Source of the DNA: Eledone cirrhosa
Taxonomy: Eukaryota
Reading direction: 5' to 3'
NCBI GenBank assembly: GCA_964016885.1
Contig: OZ024742.1
Coordinates: forward strand, 336,722,001-336,786,000
Length of the DNA stretch: 64,000 bases
The notes below the pieces were generated by a model. That model was not told the origin of the DNA. It saw only the letters and a program-made list of their open reading frames with translations, and searched no databases. Below are positions 53,004-64,000 of the stretch, piece after piece (positions within the stretch are counted from its first letter, which is position 1; each line of letters opens with the position of its first letter). Made by a program: the position numbers and the translations under genes.

Positions 53004-53452
53004 GTATAAAGAAAAAGAGATGAAATCGAAAATGCAACTGGAGTCTTATTTTTTTTTAAATATATATATTTATTTGGTTCCTTTACTGGTTTCGCAGTTC
53101 TTCTGCTTTTCAAAAGGTGAGTTGAGATGGAGGGTCTGTGGTTTTTCTCACATCTGGTTGGTCTCTGAATGTTACTTGTTTTATATGGAAAAAGTGGCTC
53201 GAAATGCCAGGTTTTTCGAGAAGTAATTTGATTGGTTTGTCAATAATTATAATAAATTTCGCACCAGTTCGCGTTACAATAGTTCTTCAAATAAGAGGGG
53301 GGGGTTGTCACATGTTGTTTTTTCATATATGAGTGTTTGAATTTCTTTTTACTTGAAAAAAGGGGCTCACGAAGGCTTTAAATAAATATATATATTTTTA
53401 AAAAAAATAAGACTCCCGTTGCATTTTCGATTTCATCTCTTTTTCTTTATAC
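53004..53452. repeat. Element with ~70-bp inverted repeats between (TA)n tracts
   Basis: GTATAAAGAAAAAGAGATGAAATCGAAAATGCAAC..GAGTCTTATTTT vs AAAATAAGACTC..GTTGCATTTTCGATTTCATCTCTTTTTCTTTATAC. Confidence 0.85.
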
Positions 53453-53527
53453 ATATATATATATATATATATAATATAATATGTATATATATATATAAAT
53501 ATATAAAGATATATATATATATATTAA

Positions 53528-53587
<60 letters not shown>

Positions 53588-53604
53588 TATATATATATAT
53601 ATAT

Positions 53605-53707
<103 letters not shown>

Positions 53708-53849
53708 CTTAGGTTAATAGGAGTTAGGTATTGTATACCCGTGTCCCACTAAGGTATTGGCAGCATAATAATTAGCTCTATGCTTTGGAGCAGAGCCGTA
53801 TATATGATAAAGAACACAAGAGCGTCTACAACATCAAAAGATTTTTATT

Positions 53850-53896
53850 GGCTTACAATGTTTCTTCCTTACGTAACCGTAGGATTCGTCAGAGCT
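53850..53896 (-). ncRNA. Type I hammerhead ribozyme
   Basis: GCT-CTGACGA-A TCCTACG GTTA CGTAAGGA A-GAAA-CATTG-TA-AGC, then AATAAA. CCAAT and TTTTATA lie upstream. Confidence 0.75.
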
Positions 53897-55543
53897 ATAA
53901 AAGGGGTTTGATTGGTGTTATGGACTCTACCAACCAAACATTCAAGAACAAAGAGTAAAGAGCAAAAGCAGGGGACGATAAGTCTAATTTTGGTGCGGGA
54001 GGGTGGGGTGTGGGTCCTTGTTTACTAGCTGTGGTCATATTCATTCCCGGTAGTCGAGTGGTTAGTGGAGCCATAGATGGGGTGGCATCGATAGTAGGGT
54101 GCAGAGTGTGTGCAGAGGCTACACACACACAAGGGCATACAATATATATATAACGGAGGAGAAAGTACATGAGGTAATTAAAAATGGAAAAAGAGTAATA
54201 ATAATCTATAATTAATAATGTATAATAAGGCATGGGGAAGATTACACTATAATAAGGTATAAAAGTAAGAATAAGGTAAAATATAAAGGAGGATAAAAGT
54301 GAAAATAAGAATAAAGGTAAAAAAATATATAGAGAATATATAAAGAAATATAAGCAAGTATTAGAAAGGGAAAAACACAATGTAAAAAAACCGATTTTTT
54401 TCAAATAAAAATTAGTTGAGAGAATATAAGATGATAATAGTTATGTCAAGTTTATTCATCTGAATAATAAATAATCTGTATATCAGAGTTACACATCCTT
54501 CAATTCACTTGCAGGTTCAACCCACGTGGCATAGACCATTGTTCATCTGTGCGGTCATGTGCGTTTGTTTTTGACACCACAGCAGATGCACAAGTTCGTA
54601 AATTCCAATGCAGATAGAAATCTATTTTTGGTCACCCAGACATTGACGGAGGATCCAATATTCCTAGTTCAATATGTGTGTGGTGTTATTTTGGTCGCAC
54701 AAATCAACCACTTGGTTCAATATTATGGAGTATGGTTTTCTGGTCTTCGTAACAGTGTCAGTGGTTTTATATCTCGAAATCACAAGGATCACAGTACTCC
54801 GGTTTGGTGTGATTATCGGTCATCCAACTATGTTGTCAGTGGTTGGATTCAATTCTATTGCCCCGAACGTAGAACTTTGGTGTCGATTGAACATTAACGA
54901 GGCAGAGTGAGATCGCATCTGTGGTACAAAACGGTACGCAAGGAAATTCTTCGTCTTCGTTTCATCCGGGTCCAGCAGTCACGTGCAAGAACCGCTACGT
55001 AGTAATTGTGAGGGTAATCGGTCAAGATAGTAACTGACCGAAAATTCTCTTAGGAATTCAGACAGGCATGACAGGTACATTTAGGTCAGCAGTTTCTTTA
55101 TGTGTACGTGTGTCCGATACACACAGACACATATTTATATATATTTCAACTCAAAAAATTCAATTGATTCGCCTATTGATATTATATCTCTGTTGCTCCG
55201 ATGTGCATGTTGTGATGTTCTGGTCGTGTTTACCATTCACTGTGTTTTGCCATTACCTTGGAATGTGATGTTATGGTCATCAATAGTCCGGCAAGCGCAT
55301 TCCTCTCTTATATTGTGGAGAATGGTGTTCTGGTCCTCAGTAAACATTTGGGTCAGCAGGAGGGGTGGTGGTTCTCAGTTTCAACTTCGACAATACATAT
55401 GTGTTACTCTACATATCGTGCTCCTCTCAAAGAAGAGTATTATAGGAGGAATTCATGCCAAACACCACATATAGAGAAGACTTCTACAGAAAAAATATAC
55501 ATACATACACACATATATACATATCATACACATATGTTATATA

Positions 55544-55615
<72 letters not shown>

Positions 55616-55735
55616 ATATGTATATATATATAATATAATATGTATATAGATATAGATATATATATATAATATAATATGTATATATATATAATATAATATG
55701 TATATAGATATAGATATATATATATAATATATATG

Positions 55736-55766
<31 letters not shown>

Positions 55767-55798
55767 TGTATATATATATATATATATAATATATATGT

Positions 55799-55852
<54 letters not shown>

Positions 55853-55857
55853 ATATA

Positions 55858-55897
<40 letters not shown>

Positions 55898-56091
55898 ATA
55901 TGTATATATACATATAATATAATATGTATATATATATATATAATATAATATGTATATATATATATATAATATAATATGTATATATATATATAATATAATA
56001 TGTATATATATATATAATATAATATGTATATATATATATAATATAATATATATATATATATATAATATAATATATATATATATATATATAT

Positions 56092-56482
<391 letters not shown>

Positions 56483-56539
56483 GTATATATATATATGTAT
56501 ATATATATATGTATATATATATATGTATATATATATATG

Positions 56540-56621
<82 letters not shown>

Positions 56622-56679
56622 TATGTATTTATATATATATATATATATATGTATTTATATATATATATATATATATATG

Positions 56680-56714
<35 letters not shown>

Positions 56715-56745
56715 TTATATATATATATGTATATATATATATATG

Positions 56746-56782
<37 letters not shown>

Positions 56783-56783
56783 T

Positions 56784-56814
<31 letters not shown>

Positions 56815-56901
56815 GTATTTATATATATATATGTATATATATATATATGTATTTATATATATATATGTATATATATATATATGTATTTATATATATATAT
56901 G

Positions 56902-56977
<76 letters not shown>

Positions 56978-57423
56978 AATGAAGTAATTCCGTCGGAAAA
57001 GTCCAGGAAAAAAAGTACTCTATGTGGGTAACAGAGCTTAATGGTTATGTAAAAAACAACATAAAAGAATTATTTCATTTACCAGTGGTTTCTTAAAAGC
57101 AAAAAAAATTTGCCTTCACTCAGCAGAATGAAAAAATCCTGGTGTATTTATTGACGTTGGATTTTAAAAACAAAAATGCAATCTATATGAAAGTGAGGCT
57201 GGAAAAGGAAGAAGGAAAGAAAAAATAAAATAAAACACACATGCAAACACACACACACACAATTATATACATACACATATATATATATATTTACATACAC
57301 ACATACATACACACACACACACACATATATATGTGTATATATATACATACACATACATATACACATACATACATACTCACATAAATATCAACATATCCAT
57401 ACATACACATACATATATACAAC

Positions 57424-57477
<54 letters not shown>

Positions 57478-57510
57478 CACATACACATACATACACATAT
57501 ACATACACAT

Positions 57511-58001
57511 GGTGGCTCCCAACTCGTTTTCGAGTATGGCCACTACTTTATATCCATGTAGGAGAACTCCTACCGATGCGCTGAACGAGTGTGACTTTTT
57601 AGTCCAGCCAGCGACTTGAAAACTCTGGTACAAACACTACACTTATGACAATTATTGACACAAAGTGCTGGGCCCATGGTACCATGTGACGACAAGTGCA
57701 GAGAGATCTCCAGACATAAAGCAATGCCTGTGCCGTGAAGCTTTTATAGTGAGTAAAAGCATTGCACAAAGCCAGTCCCACTCTCTTAACCAAGATGATA
57801 TTTACCAAAAAGAAGAACAAGTCAACATCATTGGATACCATCAGAGTTGCAGGTGTTATATCGGAGTTTTCCTTCTCCTAGAATTCTGCCTTGACAAAGG
57901 CTAAGGGGTCATCTCTCCCGGTGATTTTGGATTGCCATTGACTCTTTAGAGCTCCTTTGCCCGTTGACAGGTTTTGATTTTAGTCCTGCAGGATGTCCAA
58001 C
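57511..58001 (-). mobile_element. Second copy of the 33565-34177 repeat
   Basis: Near-identical sequence that lacks the last ~135 bp (34041-34177 equivalent). Confidence 0.85.
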
Positions 58002-58407
58002 ACATACATACATACATACATACATACACACAATCACACGTATATACACACGTACATACATACACATACATACACACATATATACACGCATACATACGCA
58101 TGCACAAAAATAGAAATATATACACACACCTCTACATACTCACACACACAAATAAATATAAGAAAAAATATATAATAATAAAAAACATAAAAATGAATAT
58201 AAAGACTATTATAATATTGACAGCGATACAGGCAACATATAAATGAACAAACACACGTGGTAAGCAATAAATACAAATGCACGTACACATACATACGTAA
58301 AAAAAATACATACACACACTCTCACACATAAATATACATATACAAATACAAAAACACATACATACGCATACACAAATACATACACACACACACACATATA
58401 CAAATAT

Positions 58408-58438
<31 letters not shown>

Positions 58439-58697
58439 CATATCATAAACACGTACATACAACTATCTGGTTGTGGAACCAACCAACCAACCAGAAATTT
58501 GTAAATTTGTAAATTTATAAATTTATAAATATATAATAAATTGAAGTGAAAGCAACTGGTGCGTGTGTTTCTTATTGGCAGCACGACCCTCCCAAAGTAT
58601 AAAAATATCGGTTTCAACACACGATTTCAGATAAAGAATCTTGCTAAACAAATTCAGAAACGAAATATATATATATATATATATAATATAATAGGTG

Positions 58698-58728
<31 letters not shown>

Positions 58729-58730
58729 AT

Positions 58731-58764
<34 letters not shown>

Positions 58765-58766
58765 GG

Positions 58767-58839
<73 letters not shown>

Positions 58840-58854
58840 TATATATATATAGAT

Positions 58855-58970
<116 letters not shown>

Positions 58971-58971
58971 A

Positions 58972-59003
<32 letters not shown>

Positions 59004-59008
59004 AATAG

Positions 59009-59042
<34 letters not shown>

Positions 59043-59079
59043 TAATAGGTGTATATATATATATATAAATATATATATA

Positions 59080-59113
<34 letters not shown>

Positions 59114-59201
59114 ATGTAGGAGGTGAGTTTTATTGTAGTACAATAAAGCAATGCAGATATCGGATAAGAAGCACTCTACAGTTTGTAGGACTGGAGTATA
59201 C

Positions 59202-59508
59202 ATAATATAAGATCAAAAGATGGTTAAAGGAGTTCCATGTATTTTATTATGCGCATTTCAAAAACAAACATCATCATGCAATAATATTTGTGTTTTCATC
59301 AGATAAAACAGGAGAACATGATATGAAGGCTAAAAAACACTTGTGGATATGTTGATTTAAAACTGCACTATCCACAAGTGTTTTTTAGCCTTCATATCAT
59401 GTTCTCCTGTTTTATCTGATGAAAACACAAATATTATTGCATGATGATGTTTGTTTTTGAAATGCGCATAATAAAATACATGGAACTCCTTTAACCATCT
59501 TTTGATCT

Positions 59509-59516
<8 letters not shown>
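59202..59516. mobile_element. Family D fold-back: ~148-bp perfect arms, each with a hammerhead (59242-59308 minus, 59410-59476 plus)
   Basis: Arms are identical to 18929-19073. The spacer is the reverse complement of the sequence that follows in the 18.9-kb copy. Confidence 0.88.
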
Positions 59517-59586
<70 letters not shown>

Positions 59587-59601
59587 TATATATATAATAT
59601 A

Positions 59602-59842
<241 letters not shown>

Positions 59843-59874
59843 ATATGTGTATATATATATATATATATAATATA

Positions 59875-59994
<120 letters not shown>

Positions 59995-60526
59995 GAGAAA
60001 AAGAGAGAAAAAGACAAGGGAGGACGAGATAGATAGATCCATACATACTTTTGTACGTATATATATATATATATACATTTATATACATACGTGCACATAC
60101 ATACATGGAGCGTAAAGGATAAAGAAATTGAATTGGTTAAAACGTTTGAGTGAGAGAGAGGGGGGGGGGAGAATGTGTCTACAATGAAAGCTCCGAGGTT
60201 CTTTAATTAATATCATTACTCCTAGTTCGGATAGATTCATAGAAAGGAAATGTGAGATTGAGGTAAGTGTGTGTGTGTGTGTGGGGGGGGGGAGAGAGAG
60301 AGAGAGAGAGAGAGGGGAAAGGGAGGGAGAAAGAGAAACACAAGTTAAAAGAGAGATAGAGATCGGGAGAGAGAGCGAGAGGGAGAGAGAGGGAGAAGGG
60401 GAGAGAGAGAGAAGAGGAGAGAGGGCAAGGGGAGAGAGAGAGAGAAGGGGAGAGAGAGGGGAAAGAGAGAGTGGGAGAGAGAGAGAGAGATCAAAGAATA
60501 CTCAGCCCAAAACAAAAGAAGCAAAA

Positions 60527-60878
<352 letters not shown>

Positions 60879-61074
60879 GACATTTCTCTTTGACGGGGAG
60901 GTAGAAACACATTATAAGCTTACGCCCCCTCACCAGATGGTCATAAGTAGACTAAATAATCAACACTGGGGGGCGGCCGAATGAGGTAGAAGCTGCTAAA
61001 TAGTCAGTCGTCCTCTTGTCTCTGATTTTCAGCCCTATGGATTTTATTTGTTATATTCTTTTGTTATATTTTGA

Positions 61075-61132
61075 ATACCTGATGATTTCACCGGATTCAT
61101 ACTGAACCCGGTCTTTGAAATGATCAGAGTAT
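61075..61132 (+). ncRNA. Hammerhead motif, probably inactivated (U16.1 to G)
   Basis: ATAC-CTGATGA-TTTC ACCGGATTCA TAC TGAACCCGGT CTTT-GAAA-TGATCA-GA-GTAT, then AATAAA. TGATCA is palindromic. Confidence 0.6.
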
Positions 61133-61324
61133 AATAAACCTCTCAAGGATTTACACCAGTCCAGCCTCCTGTTATTTTATAATAATTAACTCCGTACTCG
61201 CACCACCAACTACACAAACGAAGACGGGTGAGTTGCATTACGTTGAGTACTCTCCATAATATTACATCGAGATTGACCATACGGAATGATCAGTTCTATC
61301 TAGTGGTGAACGAACAAACCTAAA

Positions 61325-61411
<87 letters not shown>

Positions 61412-61536
61412 CGAAGGAAATGTGGTAAGGAACCAGGTGGGCCATAACGCACCAAAGTACTCAATACTTAGGGTAGTAGAGTGGGTAATAGGAACGAGTA
61501 GGACCCCGACGGCTGGGCTCAAGCCGTTTCGACGGC

Positions 61537-61574
<38 letters not shown>

Positions 61575-61807
61575 AAAATGTATGACCCCGATGGCAGAGC
61601 TCAAGCCGTTTCGACGGCTATTTCTGGACTCCAGAAATAGCCGTCGAAACGGCTTGAGCTCTGCCGTCGGGGTCATACATTTTCCTATTACCCACTCTAC
61701 TACCCTAAGTATTGAGTACTCTGAAGTGTTATGGTCCATCTCGGTTCTTACCACAACTCCTTCGTTTTATATATATATATATATATATAAAACACACACA
61801 TATATAG

Positions 61808-61842
<35 letters not shown>

Positions 61843-61860
61843 AAACACACACATATATAG

Positions 61861-61893
<33 letters not shown>

Positions 61894-61908
61894 AACACAC
61901 ACACATAC

Positions 61909-61979
<71 letters not shown>

Positions 61980-62047
61980 CATATATATATATGTATGTAT
62001 ATATAAACACACACACATATATATAGATAGATATGTAGATATAAACT

Positions 62048-62115
<68 letters not shown>

Positions 62116-62486
62116 AAACATAAGCCTGTTGTATTGTCCTAATATATAGAGAAAGATATGTTCATTTAGTAGTTCAACGACGCAATGTGTTGGACACGAT
62201 TGATTCTCGGCAACGACATGGTCTGTATACAATATGTGCAATATCTCCTCTAGTTCCAAAGACGGAATAAATTTTTCCAAACTGGGTGTTTCAATGTATT
62301 GAAATAATTAATATTGTTTCTTAATTCCAGAAACCGTGGTTGGGGATCGAATTATGAGTAAAACTGACTTATCTTAATAGGTGCAGCTTATATCATCCCC
62401 GCACCATTGGTTTAAGTTTAATATGTTTAATTACTTCTCTGATTTGATATTTTTAACACACACACACAAACAAACAAACAAACAAA

Positions 62487-62601
<115 letters not shown>

Positions 62602-62808
62602 CAGATTAAAGTTTAAGCAAAAAATCGCTGCTTTCACTCTTAACGGGATCTTCTGAAACTAAAAAAGTCAATCTGTGAACGCAGAAGTAAATATTTCAAA
62701 AAACGTTGCAACCGAAGGAAGACAGGAAGACGATACTTTGGTTCGTGGAAACGTTCCCTGGCAAAGAACGAAAAAAAAACGAAGATAATATGTAATTATT
62801 TGGAGCGG

Positions 62809-62901
62809 GTTAACTTTGCATTTCATCCTTACGGTGTTGATAAAATAAAGTACCAGTAATGTACTGGGTTAATTGCTGGCCTTGTGCCAAAAAGTAGAAA
62901 C
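62809..62901 (+). mobile_element. 5'-truncated S1 SINE with a 15-bp TSD, interrupting a diverged ~140-bp tandem repeat (62700-63130)
   Basis: AATTATTTGGAGCGG (62794-62808) / AATTATTTGAAGCGG (62902-62916). AACAATTACACGCAAAGACAAAACCACG occurs twice. Confidence 0.85.
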
Positions 62902-64000
62902 AATTATTTGAAGCGGTGAAAACAATTACACGCAAAGACAAAACCACGTTTATGGTATAAATTAAGTCGTAGACTAATATTCTATTAGGTGGTTCATAGA
63001 GACGTTCTCTGGCAATGAACGGAAAAAACGAAGATAATACGTCATTATGTGGAGCAAAGAGAACAATTACACGCAAAGACAAAACCACGTAAATGGTATA
63101 ACTGAAGTCGTAGACTAAAATTCTATTTAGGAAACCGAATGATTCTCGGCTTCAGAGTTAAGAATAAAGTAAATAAAATACAGAGGTAATTGAAATTAAA
63201 TATATACATACACGCATCCATATACGTACATACACAAGCATACACGAAAACACTCGCCATGGGTATGCAAATACAAGCACGTACACAAAAAAAACAACAA
63301 GCACGCACATACAGAACCCACGCAACGCCTGTGCCCTCACATATACAAACGTATACACCAAATACACATAAAAATACATATAAAAACATATATACATATA
63401 CATGTGTGTGTGTGATTGTATACATAATTAAATAAACGTATATAAATATACACACATAAATACGTATATAACGCGTGTACACACATACCTACATGTAAAT
63501 ACAGATATGTTCGCGGACGTACGTCAACAAAAACACAAAGTAGACATATACACACACCCTACATACGTACGAACCCGCATACTCACACAGACGCAAAACT
63601 CGCGTATATACAAAACCAAATGCACATGTACCAGTATATATAATATATACGCCAATAACATATACAAGCAAATATACGTACGAGAAAGTATGCGTACCTT
63701 CACAAAACATACAGGTAATATACTATACAAATAAGTAATGGTATAAATATAAGTAATGGTATAAATATAACATATACTTAGCTACAAATGGCGGGCTGCA
63801 ATTAAGTATAATGAAAATAAAAGTTACGACAGAAAGAGGCTAATATCCATCGTCAGTTGTCTGCTAGGAATCATAGGTATTTCTTCGCGTTAGATATTAC
63901 CCATTCTACTACTCCAAGTATCGAGTACTCTGGTGCGTTATGGTTCACCTAGTATCTTACCACACCCTCTTTGTTAAACATATATATATATATATATATA

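Noticed and set aside
54450-55500. Possible coding remnant (minus-strand ATWVEPASEL, chromodomain-like) upstream of the 53850 hammerhead
   Set aside because: Too short and degraded to assign without a database search.

Overview
Repeat-dominated, AT-rich eukaryotic (animal) DNA with no intact cellular gene that I can support. The SINE family and the extreme (TA)n content suggest an octopus or other cephalopod, which is an inference. Contents: (1) an ~11.3 kb 78-bp minisatellite plus a 36-bp minisatellite (1-12.5 kb) with mucin-like reading frames of doubtful function; (2) a nearly complete Penelope-like retroelement (RT + GIY-YIG, minus strand, 14.56-16.49 kb) and other Penelope, RTE, CRE-like, hAT and Helitron remnants; (3) many tRNA-derived SINEs and two Tc1/mariner-type MITEs. 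The main signal, invisible in the ORF track, is about 28 hand-folded type I hammerhead ribozyme (HHR) motifs from about 15 sequence families. They sit in short non-coding elements between (TA)n tracts, often as fold-back palindromes. The best case is a 466-bp tandem array (36.9-39.3 kb) with one intact minus-strand hammerhead per unit and an inverted 5' end, i.e. a candidate retrozyme / circular-RNA-producing locus mobilised by Penelope-type RT. All folds were done by eye, and none has been tested computationally or experimentally.
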